Assembly (NCBI GenBank): GCA_963816395.1
Contig: CAWFKQ010000004.1
Span: 64,001 to 128,000 of the forward strand
Origin: an uncultured delta proteobacterium
Lineage (GTDB): Bacteria > Desulfobacterota > Desulfuromonadia > Desulfuromonadales > JACZKF01
Length of the DNA: 64,000 bases
Direction: 5' to 3'
In this document: positions 21,375 to 33,006 of the stretch, piece after piece
How positions within the stretch are numbered: position 1 is the first letter of the stretch
Layout of the letters: every line of letters begins with the position of its first letter
Notes under the pieces: generated by a model
The model's database searches: none
What the model was told of the DNA's origin: nothing
Seen by the model: the letters and a program-made list of their open reading frames with translations, nothing else
Position numbers and translations under genes: made by a program

Positions 21375-22564
21375 ATGTCCGGCATTATCGAGATTCGCCC
21401 CGGTCTGCACTGGGTCGGCGCCAAGCACCCAGAGCTCAAGATCTTTGACGAACTTTTTCCAACCCGCAACGGTACCACCTACAATTCCTACCTTGTGCGG
21501 GGGGAGCGGAAAACCGCCCTCATCGATACGGTAAAGGCGCCCTTTACCGGCGATTTCCTGAAAAAGCTGGAGCAGCTGGGGACGGAGCGGATCGATTTCG
21601 TGGTGGTCAACCACAGCGAGCCCGACCATTCGGGTGCCCTCGGCGAACTCCTTGACCGCCATCCGGAGGCGACCATTCTCTGCACCCGGCCCGGGGAAAA
21701 TTTCCTGCGTCAGTTGTTCAACCGGCCTTTGCCGACCCGGGTTGTCACCGATGGCGAGGAGGTCGACCTAGGCGGGCGGACCCTGCGTTTTCTGCTGGCT
21801 CCCTATCTGCACTGGCCGGACACCATGTTCACCTACCTGCCGGAGGAGCGGATCCTGTTTTCCTGCGATGCCTTCGGCGCCCATTTCTGCGGCGAGGCCT
21901 CTACAACGATGAAGTCCCCGATTTTTCGGGCGAATTTCCTTTTACTTCGACAGCATCATGCGCCCTTTCAAGGAAAAGGTGCGCGAAGCGGTGGCCAAGG
22001 TGGAGGGTCTGCCCCTGGACCTGGTCTGCCCTTCGCACGGTCCGGTGCTGCGCCGCGACCCGCGAGGGGCGATTGCCGCCTACCAGCGCTGGTCGGCACC
22101 ACCGGCCGCCGGCGGCCCGAGAGTGCTGCTGCTGACCCTGTCGCCCCACGGCAATACCCGGGACATGGCCGCCTATGTCCGTCAGGGGCTGGAAAGCCGC
22201 GGGCTGGAGGTGTTCGAAAGGGCGATCATCGAGACTGGAGAATCGTGAACTGCGCGATCTGCTGGAGCAGACCGACGCCCTGGTTGTGGCCACTCCCACC
22301 ATCAACCGAGACGCGCCGCCGCCGGTCTGGCAGGCGCTTTCCCTGCTCTCCTCGGTAACGCCGCGGGGGAAGGTAGGAGCGGTTTTCGGCTCTTTCGGCT
22401 GGAGCGGCGAGGCGGTCAAGCTGGTGGAGGAGCACCTCACCGGCCTCAAATACAAGCTGGCAGCGCCGGGCATCCACTTCCGCTTCAAGCCCACCGAAGA
22501 AGACCACCAGGCCTGCCGCGAGTTCGGCGAGAGGATTGCCGACTTTCTGCAGGAAAATCAATGA
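21375..22564 (+). CDS. fprA: Flavodiiron protein (FprA/NorV type), frameshifted
   Basis: GTTYNSYL, NHSEPDHSG, LHWPDTMFTY, FSCDAFGAH, PSHGP, then flavodoxin PTIN and FGSFGWSGEA. Confidence 0.92.
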
Positions 22565-22572
22565 GGTAAAAA

Positions 22573-22616
22573 CAGCGAGGTAGCAAGTAGTGAGGTACTA
22601 TCTGGCTACCTCGCTG
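22573..22616. repeat. Octamer inverted-repeat element, copy 2
   Basis: 12-bp perfect terminal inverted repeat CAGCGAGGTAGC...GCTACCTCGCTG with an internal TAGTGAGGTA unit. Confidence 0.8.
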
Positions 22617-22659
22617 GCTTAATGTCGCCAGACTCTCTTCCCGGCAGGAGAATCTCCCG

Positions 22660-24850
<2,191 letters not shown>

Positions 24851-24929
24851 GCCCGTCAGCAGCTTTTCGGTGTTTTCCCAGCTTTCCGCCCAATACCTGA
24901 AGACCAATAATTCTAAACACGGCAGTTGA

Positions 24930-25049
24930 TCACGCAACGACGCAACGAAATCAAAATCTTACATCCTGGAGTCTCTCACCCAGCAGGCAAAAGGTCTATT
25001 TCTGATAGCCTTCTGGTTTTACGTCGCGTTCGTTGCGTTCGTCGCGTGA
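24930..25049. repeat. 8-9-mer (ACGCRACG) inverted-repeat element between convergent priA and EamA genes
   Basis: TCACGCAACGACGCAACG ... CGTCGCGTTCGTTGCGTTCGTCGCGTGA. Confidence 0.7.
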
Positions 25050-25958
25050 GACTATTTTTTCTAGGATAATTGAAGATTCCGCATTGCGGGTGGCGAGAAA
25101 AATTCCCCCGGCGATCAGCACGATGCCGAGCCCGTGGAACCAGCGCAGGGACTCGTCCAGGAACAGCAGTGCCATCAGGCTGCCGAAGACCGGCATCAGG
25201 TGGATGAACAGGCCGGCCCGGTTAGCCCCGACCCGTTCCACTCCGCGGTTGTAGCAGAGATAGGAGACGATGGAGGGGAAGATCACGACGTAGCCGACGG
25301 CCAGCAGCAGGGGGGAAGAGGGTTCAACGTGTCGCCCTTCCAGCATCTCCCAGAGGTAAAAAGGCAGGAGCATCAGCGAGCCGGTGATGAAGGTCACGGC
25401 GATGAAACTGAGCGGGTGGACGGGCGGGCGCCGGCGCAGCAGAACGGAATAGGCGGCGTAGCAGATAACGGCGATGAAGACCAGGAGATCCCCCCGGTTG
25501 ATCGCCAGCGAGCGCACGGTCCCCAGATCGCCCTGGAGGATGATGGTGGCCGCCCCGGCCAGCGACAGCACGATCCCGCAGCATTGACGAACGGTGACCG
25601 GTTCCCGGAAGAGCAGGAAAGACATGGCCACGATCAGCACCGGCATCATCGACTGCAGCAGAAAGGCGTTGATCGCCTGGGTCCATTGCAGCCCGGTGTA
25701 GACCAGGGTGTTGAAGGCGGCGATGCCGAGGGCCGAAAGCAGCAGGGTGATCGGCCAGCGACCGGCCAGGCGCGGCCAGTCCCGCCGCAGGTGCGGCAGC
25801 GCCGGGAACAGCACCAGAAGGGAAGCACCGGACCAGCGGTAGAAGGCGAGGGCAATCGGCGGTATGTCAGCATGCACGGCCCGGCCGATGATGAAGTTTC
25901 CGGACCAGAAGAAAGCGGCGAGGGTCAGCAGGAGATAGGGATGTCGATCGAACTTCAT
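24996..25958 (-). CDS. DMT/EamA-family transporter
   Basis: FWSGNF, PPIALAFYR, about 10 TM segments, GANRAGLFIHLMPVF. Confidence 0.92.
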   Translation of the reverse strand: MKFDRHPYLLLTLAAFFWSGNFIIGRAVHADIPPIALAFYRWSGASLLVLFPALPHLRRDWPRLAGRWPITLLLSALGIAAFNTLVYTGLQWTQAINAFLLQSMMPVLIVAMSFLLFREPVTVRQCCGIVLSLAGAATIILQGDLGTVRSLAINRGDLLVFIAVICYAAYSVLLRRRPPVHPLSFIAVTFITGSLMLLPFYLWEMLEGRHVEPSSPLLLAVGYVVIFPSIVSYLCYNRGVERVGANRAGLFIHLMPVFGSLMALLFLDESLRWFHGLGIVLIAGGIFLATRNAESSIILEKIVSRDERNERDVKPEGYQK

Positions 25959-26164
25959 GGCAGTGCTCCGATTTGTTTGCCCGCCAATTTAGCCAAAGGA
26001 CGGGGCAATCGCAACATCCTTCGGATGCAGGCCGTTTTTCAGGCGCATTGCGGAGGCGGTTCCGGCAATCGTGAGGTTACCCCGCCCGCATTTGCATAAT
26101 CCGCCGACGGGTATATCTTCCCTGAGAGGAGCGGCCGACAACGAGTCCTCCGGGGAGGTGAGCC

Positions 26165-26782
26165 ATGGCGGAGATCATCGATATCCGCGGGCGGCGCCGG
26201 CGAGGCGTTCCGGCGGGGAGCCCGGGGGAGGAGGGCGGCGGGGCGCTGTTTCGGGTACGGCTGGGAGGCCCGGACCTGCACTGGGTCGGTCTGGTCGGCG
26301 GCATCCTGGCCGGGGCCCTGGCGATGGAGGGGTTTCATACGGTCTTCGAGCAACTGGCGGCGCCCGCCGGCATGCCGCCCGTCCTGGGCCTGCGCAGTGG
26401 GCGGCAGAGCGCCATGGAGATGGATTCCGACCCGGCTCCGGGCCTGGTGGTCGCCGGCAGCGGGTTATGTGCTGCCGTCCTCCGGGGATGCGACAACAGA
26501 ACCGTACTACTGATGCCCCTGGAGGGGGAGCGGCGGATCGCTTTTGTCGGCAGGGAAGTGCCGCTGCCGGTTGCCGACTTGGCCGCGGAGCCGCTCGGGA
26601 TCGCCATTGCCTGTGCCGGCGGTGCCGCCCGTCTGCTGGGAGTGATCGGTATGTGGGAGCTGGAGCAGGCCCTGTGCGCGGAATTGGCCCTGGTTGCCGG
26701 CCTTGAGCGGCACCTCGCCATGGCCGTTGCGGCCTACGACCGGCTTGCCCCCTGGGCCGGAACAGTGCCGGAACTGACATAG
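26165..26782 (+). CDS. Hypothetical protein
   Basis: 205-aa ORF with GGAGGT RBS; it fills the gap between neighbouring genes; no recognisable motif. Confidence 0.55.
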   Translation: MAEIIDIRGRRRRGVPAGSPGEEGGGALFRVRLGGPDLHWVGLVGGILAGALAMEGFHTVFEQLAAPAGMPPVLGLRSGRQSAMEMDSDPAPGLVVAGSGLCAAVLRGCDNRTVLLMPLEGERRIAFVGREVPLPVADLAAEPLGIAIACAGGAARLLGVIGMWELEQALCAELALVAGLERHLAMAVAAYDRLAPWAGTVPELT

Positions 26783-26791
26783 TTTCTCTTC

Positions 26792-27139
26792 TCAGGCGAG
26801 CAGCGCCTCCACCTTGGCCGCGCAGATGAAGTCGTTCTCGGAGAGGCCGCCGATGGCATGCGTGGTGTAGCTGACGCGGCAGGTATTGTAACCGACCTGG
26901 AGGTCGGGATGGTGGTTCTCCCGCCGGGCGATCCAGGCCACGGCATTGACGAACCCCATGGTCTGATCGAAGTTCTTGAAGCGGAAGAGTTTCCCGATCG
27001 CCCCTTCCGTCTTCTCCCAGCCGGCGAGACTGGTCAGCAGGCGGTCGGATGCCGCGTCCTCCAGGGGCGGCATCCCGCCCTCGCAGGGGGTGCAGTGACG
27101 CGCCGTCAGATCGCCTTTCTCGCCGTTTTCCCCGGCCAT
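26792..27139 (-). CDS. phhB: Pterin-4-alpha-carbinolamine dehydratase
   Basis: CTPCEGG, FRFKNF, ENHHPDL, TTHAIGGLSENDFICAAK. Confidence 0.92.
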   Translation of the reverse strand: MAGENGEKGDLTARHCTPCEGGMPPLEDAASDRLLTSLAGWEKTEGAIGKLFRFKNFDQTMGFVNAVAWIARRENHHPDLQVGYNTCRVSYTTHAIGGLSENDFICAAKVEALLA

Positions 27140-27362
27140 TGTCCTTTCTCCTTTCCCGGCCCCCTTTTCCCTGTCGTCTCACGGGGCCAGTCCTCCCTTC
27201 ATACCCGCCAAAGGCAGGCGTGTCAATTATGACCTCTCCGCGGCCGGGTTCGCATTGGCCATGGATGGCCTCTTTTCTTTTGCGCCAGGCCGGGTTACAA
27301 TGCGTTCGCTAGCGTTTTGCTGCCTGTACAATCCTGCCACCCTCTCGAGTATGCGTTGTATT

Positions 27363-28538
27363 ATGACGGTTTCCCGCCTCTGCCGCCGCTTGCCCTTCGT
27401 TTCCCTTCTGCTCCTGCTGGGCCTTGCCGCCTGCGCCCCGCCGCCGGCAGCCGTTCCGGTTCCCGCGCCGGTCGAGAAACCGCCGCCCACCTTGCAGCCG
27501 GTTGCCTGGAGTGAGGTCGACGGCTGGCTGCAGGAAGAGCCCGGGCCGGTTCTCCCCGTCTTCCTGCGCAGTTGCAAGGTGCTGCGGCAGCGCGCCGGCT
27601 GGGAGTCGGTCTGCGCTACGGCCGCCGGACTCGACCCTGCCGACAGCGTCGGCGTGCGGGCCTTTTTCGAGAGCCGCTTTCTCCCTTACCGGGTCAATAA
27701 TCCGGACGGCAGCGACAGCGGTCTGGTGACCGGCTATTACGTGCCGGATCTGCGCGGCAGCCGCACCCGGACCGAACTCTATCGCTACCCGGTTTACGGC
27801 GTCCCGGACGACCTGCTGGTCATCGATCTGCGCAGCCTGTATCCGGAGTTGGGGAATTACCGGCTGCGCGGGCGCCTGGAAGGGCGCCGGGTGGTTCCCT
27901 ATTACGACCGGAGCGCCATCGACGGAGAAAAGGAGCCCCTGCAGGGGAATGAGATCTGCTGGGTGGAGGACCCGGTGGAGCTTTTTTTCCTGCAGATCCA
28001 GGGGTCCGGGCGGATCAGCCTGGAGAATGGCGAGCGCTTCATGCTCAACTATGCCGACCAGAACGGCCACCCCTATCGCTCGATCGGCAAACTTCTGCTG
28101 GCGCAGGGAGCGATGACGCCGGACCAGATGTCGATGCAGAACATCAAGACCTGGGCCGCCAGCCACCCGCAGCAGGCCGGCAAGCTGCTCTGCGAGAACC
28201 CCAGCTACATCTTCTTCCGTGAACTCGACGGGATCGACAACCCGCCCGGCGCCCTCGGCGTCCCCCTGACCCCGCAACGCAGTCTGGCCGTCGATCCCCG
28301 CAGCATTCCCCTGGGCGCGCCGGTTTTCCTGGCCACCACCTGGCCGACCAGCCCGGTTCCCCTGAAGCGTTTGATGGTTGCCCAGGATACCGGCGGTGCC
28401 ATTAAGGGGGCGGTGCGGGCCGATTTCTTCTGGGGGGTGGGGAAAGAAGCCGGCGATTATGCCGGACGCATGAAGCAGCAGGGGCGGATGTGGGTTTTCC
28501 TGCCTGCCGAGATGAAGGTTAACCTGGCAAACAAGTAA
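27363..28538 (+). CDS. mltA: Membrane-bound lytic murein transglycosylase A (lipoprotein)
   Basis: Lipobox LAAC, TGYY, FFLQIQGSG, NGHPYRSIG, NPSYIFF, AQDTGGAIKG-VRADFFWG. Confidence 0.95.
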   Translation: MTVSRLCRRLPFVSLLLLLGLAACAPPPAAVPVPAPVEKPPPTLQPVAWSEVDGWLQEEPGPVLPVFLRSCKVLRQRAGWESVCATAAGLDPADSVGVRAFFESRFLPYRVNNPDGSDSGLVTGYYVPDLRGSRTRTELYRYPVYGVPDDLLVIDLRSLYPELGNYRLRGRLEGRRVVPYYDRSAIDGEKEPLQGNEICWVEDPVELFFLQIQGSGRISLENGERFMLNYADQNGHPYRSIGKLLLAQGAMTPDQMSMQNIKTWAASHPQQAGKLLCENPSYIFFRELDGIDNPPGALGVPLTPQRSLAVDPRSIPLGAPVFLATTWPTSPVPLKRLMVAQDTGGAIKGAVRADFFWGVGKEAGDYAGRMKQQGRMWVFLPAEMKVNLANK

Positions 28539-28567
28539 GTAGTGAGATAGCGAGGTAGTGAGATAGT
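28539..28567 (+). repeat. Octamer repeat, single arm (copy 3)
   Basis: GTAGTGAGATAGCGAGGTAGTGAGATAGT directly after the mltA stop. Confidence 0.75.
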
Positions 28568-28583
28568 AAAAAAGGAGAGACCC

Positions 28584-28940
28584 ATGGCGCCGCGACTGTA
28601 CGATCTGCCCCCCGACTGGCCGCTGCTGCGGCCGTCGCTGACCCGCGGCGTCGCCGCCTGGTCCCTGCTGCCGGCCGGTTGGCAGGCCGAACGGATCGCC
28701 GTCGCCCGGGTGGAGCCTGGCGGCGAGTTCCCCCCGCACCGCGACGATTATCACCACGTTTTCTGGTTCCTGGCGGGGGAGGGGGAGGGGATCCTGGCGG
28801 AGGAAGTCTATCCGATTTATCCGGGGCGGGTGGCGGAGGTGCCGGCGGGGACGGCGCACGGCTATCGCAACACCGGTGGCGAGGATCTGCTCCTGCTGTC
28901 CATCAATGCCAGGAGGGAAGCGGCGGGAAACCCGGAGTAA
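28584..28940 (+). CDS. Cupin-domain protein
   Basis: PGGEFPPHRD...GEG...VPAGTAHGYRNTG; AAGGAG RBS. Confidence 0.85.
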   Translation: MAPRLYDLPPDWPLLRPSLTRGVAAWSLLPAGWQAERIAVARVEPGGEFPPHRDDYHHVFWFLAGEGEGILAEEVYPIYPGRVAEVPAGTAHGYRNTGGEDLLLLSINARREAAGNPE

Positions 28941-28966
28941 CATCCCGCCGCACCCTTCCGAATGCC

Positions 28967-29001
28967 AGGGCGAACCGGTTCACCGCCGGTCCGCCCTTTT
29001 T
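28967..29001. terminator. Intrinsic terminator between convergent cupin and aroK genes
   Basis: AGGGCGAACCGG-loop-CCGGTCCGCCCT followed by a T tract. Confidence 0.55.
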
Positions 29002-29005
29002 CGTC

Positions 29006-29518
29006 TCAGTCTGCCGCCTTCAGCAGCTCGACGATTTCCGTTGCCAGCTCTTCCACCGATTTGCCGCGGCCGTCGACGGTCAGGTCGGCATGGCGGCGGT
29101 AGAGAGGGAGGCGCTGGCGGTAGAGATCGGCGAAGGACTGGCCGGGGTCGATGACCATTCCCCGGCTGTCCATGTCGCGGATGCGGCGGGCCAGCTCCGC
29201 CTGGGGCAGATCGAGAAAGACAGTCGTTCCCCGGCGCTTGAGAGCCGCCATTGCCGTCTCGCTGTAGACCGCCGAGCCGCCGGTGGCGATCACCGTGCCG
29301 GCCGTCTCCAGGCCGAGCAGCAGCGCCTCTTCCAGGCGACGGAAGGCAGTCAGGCCGTCGCTGTCGATGATCTCCTGCAGCCGCCTGCTCTGGCTGGCCT
29401 GCAGGAGGATGTCGGTATCGATAAAGGAGAAACCGAGCCGTTTGGCCAGGACCACGCCGACGGTGCTCTTGCCGGCACCCGGCATGCCGATGAGGACGAC
29501 GTTATTCCGGTTGTTCAT
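29006..29518 (-). CDS. aroK: Shikimate kinase
   Basis: LIGMPGAGKSTVG, FIDTD, FRRLE, VIATGGS, RLPLY. Confidence 0.93.
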   Translation of the reverse strand: MNNRNNVVLIGMPGAGKSTVGVVLAKRLGFSFIDTDILLQASQSRRLQEIIDSDGLTAFRRLEEALLLGLETAGTVIATGGSAVYSETAMAALKRRGTTVFLDLPQAELARRIRDMDSRGMVIDPGQSFADLYRQRLPLYRRHADLTVDGRGKSVEELATEIVELLKAAD

Positions 29519-29549
29519 CGGAACGGGCCTGCATGGCAGGCTTTGCTCT

Positions 29550-29579
29550 CTCACTATCTCGCTACTCACGACCTCACTG
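29550..29579 (-). repeat. Octamer repeat, single arm (copy 4)
   Basis: CTCACTATCTCGCTACTCACGACCTCACTG; contains the stop codon of the oxidoreductase gene. Confidence 0.75.
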
Positions 29580-30560
29580 AAGTTTAAGAACAATCTTCCC
29601 GAAATGCCGGTCTTCCTCCATCATCCGGTGGGCTTCCTGCACCTGGTCGAGGGGGAAGACCTTTTCGATGATCGGCACGATGCTGCGGTCGGCGAAGCGG
29701 GGCAGTGCCCGGCGGGTGAACTCGGCGGCGATCTCCCCCTTTTCCGCCACCGGCCGCGAGCGCAGCACCGAGCCGATGATCTGCTGCCGCTTGACCATCA
29801 TCAGCGCCAGATTGAGCTCGGCCTTGATGCCGCTGATCACGCCGATAATCACCAGCCGGCCGGTGTAGCCGAGGGAGTTCATGTTGGGCGCCAGGTACTT
29901 GGCCCCGACGTGGTCGAGGATCAGGTTGACCCCCTTCTTGTTCGTGAACTCCTTGACGATCTCGGTGAAATCGGGATTTTGAGTATAGTCGATGACCAGG
30001 TCGGCGCCGAGCTGCTTCACTCTCTCGATCTTGTTCGGGTGGGCGGTGACGATCAGCTTGCAGCCGGGAGCGAGGGACTTGCACAACTGGATGCCGGCGG
30101 TGTTCACGCCGCCGCCGCCGCCGTGCAGGATCGCCGTCTGCCCTTCCCGGAATTCGCCGATCAGGAAGATATTGAGGAAGGCGGTGATATACGATTCACA
30201 GACGCAGGCAGCCTCCTCGAAGCTCATGCTCTGGGGGATCGGCAGCAGGTGGCTGGCGTACGCCACCGCATATTCGGCATAACCGCCGCCGCCGACCAGC
30301 GACATGACCCGATCCCCCACCTGCCAGCCGCTCACGCCCGGCCCCAGTTCCTCGATCATCCCCGCCACCTCCAGGCCGAGAATCTCCGAATCACCGGGAG
30401 GCGGCGGGTATTTCCCTTCACGCTGCACCAGGTCCGGGCGATTGATCGAAGTGGCCGCCACCTTGATCAGGACCTGGTCCGCCGCCGGGGCGGGTTTTTC
30501 CGCTTCCCCCACCCGTAACACCTCCACCCCGCCAAAACCCTCGAGCAGCACCGATTTCAT
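29574..30560 (-). CDS. NAD(P)H-quinone oxidoreductase, PIG3 family
   Basis: INRPDLVQREGKYPPPPG-SEILGLEVAG, GGGYAEY, HGGGGGV, HFGKIVL. Confidence 0.92.
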   Translation of the reverse strand: MKSVLLEGFGGVEVLRVGEAEKPAPAADQVLIKVAATSINRPDLVQREGKYPPPPGDSEILGLEVAGMIEELGPGVSGWQVGDRVMSLVGGGGYAEYAVAYASHLLPIPQSMSFEEAACVCESYITAFLNIFLIGEFREGQTAILHGGGGGVNTAGIQLCKSLAPGCKLIVTAHPNKIERVKQLGADLVIDYTQNPDFTEIVKEFTNKKGVNLILDHVGAKYLAPNMNSLGYTGRLVIIGVISGIKAELNLALMMVKRQQIIGSVLRSRPVAEKGEIAAEFTRRALPRFADRSIVPIIEKVFPLDQVQEAHRMMEEDRHFGKIVLKLQ

Positions 30561-30831
30561 AGTTCCTCCATCCGTCCTATTGCTAATCGTTAGAAATACC
30601 TGAATGATTATAGGGAAACCGGATCAGCTTGCAACCCAATTCGGTCACGATTCGGACATCTGCCCAATGCTCGAAAAAGTGTCAGGTGCCCCATTGTCTG
30701 TCTGGAGCTGCCGGTTATAATTGTTACCGCCCCCCGGGCAAAACCAAGGGAAAAATCCACCTGCGGAAAAGTAATGGAAATTTAACATTAGTATGTGATA
30801 TAAAAGCAAGATGATTCCCGGGAATGTCGCA

Positions 30832-31197
30832 ATGAAGAAAATCCTAGTCGTGGATGACCAACCGACCATCCGGCGCCTGGTGGAAATCAGCCTCCGTTCG
30901 GCGGACCGCCGCATTCTCGAGGCGGAAAGCGGCGAACAGGCCATTGAGATTGCCCAGGCGGAAAAGCCGGACCTGATCATCATGGATCTGATGATGCCCG
31001 GCGGGATGGACGGCTTCGAGGCGGTGAAGATCCTGAAGGGGCAGGAAGCCACGCGCGACTGCCCGGTACTGGTGCTTACCGCCAAGGACCAGAAGGCGGA
31101 GCGCCAGCGCGCTTTTGAGATTGGCGCCGGCGATTATCTGGCGAAACCGTTCAAGCTCGATATGCTGATGCAGAAGGTGGAAAACCTGCTCGGTTGA
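30832..31197 (+). CDS. Single-domain response regulator (receiver)
   Basis: KILVVDD, PDLIIMDLMMP, VLTA, YLAKPF. Confidence 0.92.
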   Translation: MKKILVVDDQPTIRRLVEISLRSADRRILEAESGEQAIEIAQAEKPDLIIMDLMMPGGMDGFEAVKILKGQEATRDCPVLVLTAKDQKAERQRAFEIGAGDYLAKPFKLDMLMQKVENLLG

Positions 31198-31577
31198 TGT
31201 CCTGGGCGATCCCTCCTCCCGCCGGCGATGCCGGCATCGTTTCCTCCCTTTCATGCGGCGCAACCGCACCCGAAGCATGCCCTCGTTCAAAGAGATCTTC
31301 GGGCAACGGATTGATCTTGACGCCTTTGCTGCCCCTGTTAAAGTTTAACATTATTTAATGATAGGCTGCGGGGGTGTCGATGGGAAACCGGACGGGGAAG
31401 GAAAAAGCTGCCTTGGCGGCCGCTTTTCTCATAATTCTGGTCACGTTTATTGTGGAACTGGCGATGCTTCCCCGGGAAGATCACCCGCCCTTCCACGGCA
31501 AGGCGGTGGAGATTGGCGCCATCACCCCGGGAGAATAGATTCTCGACCGTAGCCGGGGAATCGGCTATGATGGCGCC

Positions 31578-32834
31578 ATGGTTCTCGCCATCCTCTACCT
31601 TTTATTTCTCGCCTGCGGGCTGTTTCTCGATGCCCTCAACCTTCGCCATCTGCATCGGCACGGCGGCGAAGTGCCGCCTGTTTTCGCCGGGGCCATCGAC
31701 GCCGCCACTCTGGCCCGGACCTCCGCCTACACCGTCGAGCTGAATCGGTTCGGTCTGATCGAGACCCTGGTCGACAGCCTGCTTCTGCTCCTTTTCCTCT
31801 TTGGCGGCCTGCTCCCCCTGTACGATCGCTGGATCGCCGGCCTTACCGACTCATTCCTCGGCGGCGGGCTCCTCTTCTTCCTCGGCCTGCTGGTGGCCAA
31901 GACCATCGTCGGCATCCCTTTCAGCCTCTATCGCACCTTCCGCATCGAAAACCGCTACGGCTTCAATACCACCACGCCGCGTCTCTGGCTGAGCGACCTG
32001 GCCAAATCGCTTCTTCTTTCCCTGCTGCTCGCCGGCCTGCTGACCGCCGGCGCCCTCTGGCTGGTGCAGGCGAGCCCGGGTTTCTGGTGGCTTTGGGTGT
32101 GGTGCCTTTTCGCCTCCTTCACTCTGCTGTTGATGTATCTTTCTCCCTACGTCATCGAACCTCTCTTCTTCAAGTTCGAGCCGCTGCGCCAGGAGGGGCT
32201 GGAGGCGGCGGTCCGCTCTCTCATGGAGAAGGCGGGGCTGGCGGTCAGCCAGGTCTTCCAGGTCGACGCCTCCCGCCGCAGCCGCCATTCCAACGCCTAT
32301 TTCACCGGCCTCGGGCGGGTCAAGCGGATCGTCCTCTTCGATACCCTGCTGGAACAGATGGCGGACCGGGAGATCCTCGCCGTGCTCGCCCACGAGGTCG
32401 GCCACTGGCGCCTGCGGCACGTGCTCAAGCGGCTGCTGGGAATGCAGCTGCTGTTCCTGGCCGCCGCCTGGCTGGCCTTCCGCCTGATCGGCTGGGGCGG
32501 GCTGCCGCAGCTGATCGGCCTGCCGGCCGCCTCCTTCCCCGCCCAGGTCATCATCCTTTCTTTCCTCGGCGGTCTCGCCGCCTTTCCCCTCACCCCCCTC
32601 GGCAGCGCCCTCTCCCGCCGCCACGAATGGCAGGCCGACCGCTTCGCCCGCCGCCTGACCGGCCGCCCGCAGGACCTCGCCTCGGCCCTGGTCAAACTCG
32701 GCCGCGAGAACCTCGCCAACCTGCACCCGCATCCCCTGTACGCCTGGTTCCACTACTCCCACCCGCCGCTGGTGGAAAGGGTGGAGAAGCTGCGGGCGGC
32801 GGCCGCGGAGCAGGAGGCCGGAGGAGTCATTTAG
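31578..32834 (+). CDS. M48 family zinc metalloprotease (Ste24-like)
   Basis: SNAYFTGLG--KRIVLFDTL, AHEVGH, EWQAD, YSHPPLVER. Confidence 0.95.
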   Translation: MVLAILYLLFLACGLFLDALNLRHLHRHGGEVPPVFAGAIDAATLARTSAYTVELNRFGLIETLVDSLLLLLFLFGGLLPLYDRWIAGLTDSFLGGGLLFFLGLLVAKTIVGIPFSLYRTFRIENRYGFNTTTPRLWLSDLAKSLLLSLLLAGLLTAGALWLVQASPGFWWLWVWCLFASFTLLLMYLSPYVIEPLFFKFEPLRQEGLEAAVRSLMEKAGLAVSQVFQVDASRRSRHSNAYFTGLGRVKRIVLFDTLLEQMADREILAVLAHEVGHWRLRHVLKRLLGMQLLFLAAAWLAFRLIGWGGLPQLIGLPAASFPAQVIILSFLGGLAAFPLTPLGSALSRRHEWQADRFARRLTGRPQDLASALVKLGRENLANLHPHPLYAWFHYSHPPLVERVEKLRAAAAEQEAGGVI

Positions 32835-32932
32835 ATTTTCTGCGCTCCAAATGCTTCTACCACTTTTCTCCTGACAATATTTCAACAAAAAACAATAGTA
32901 AGCAGAAACAGAGTTTCTGTAAAAATTACCTA

Positions 32933-32961
32933 TTGACAAGCGCGTCGCTTGAGTCTATAGT
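32933..32961 (+). promoter_or_regulatory. Near-consensus sigma70 promoter heading the defence operon
   Basis: TTGACA-N17-TATAGT; upstream inverted repeat CAGAAAC-aga-GTTTCTG at 32903-32919. Confidence 0.75.
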
Positions 32962-33006
32962 CCCGCCCAAGTGCAGCAATGGCGTTTTTGCAATATGGGA
33001 AATGGG

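Noticed and set aside
31198..31577. Riboswitch (cobalamin or c-di-GMP/cGAMP GEMM) in the long spacer
   Set aside because: I could not match the conserved cores by eye; an Rfam/Infernal scan would be needed.
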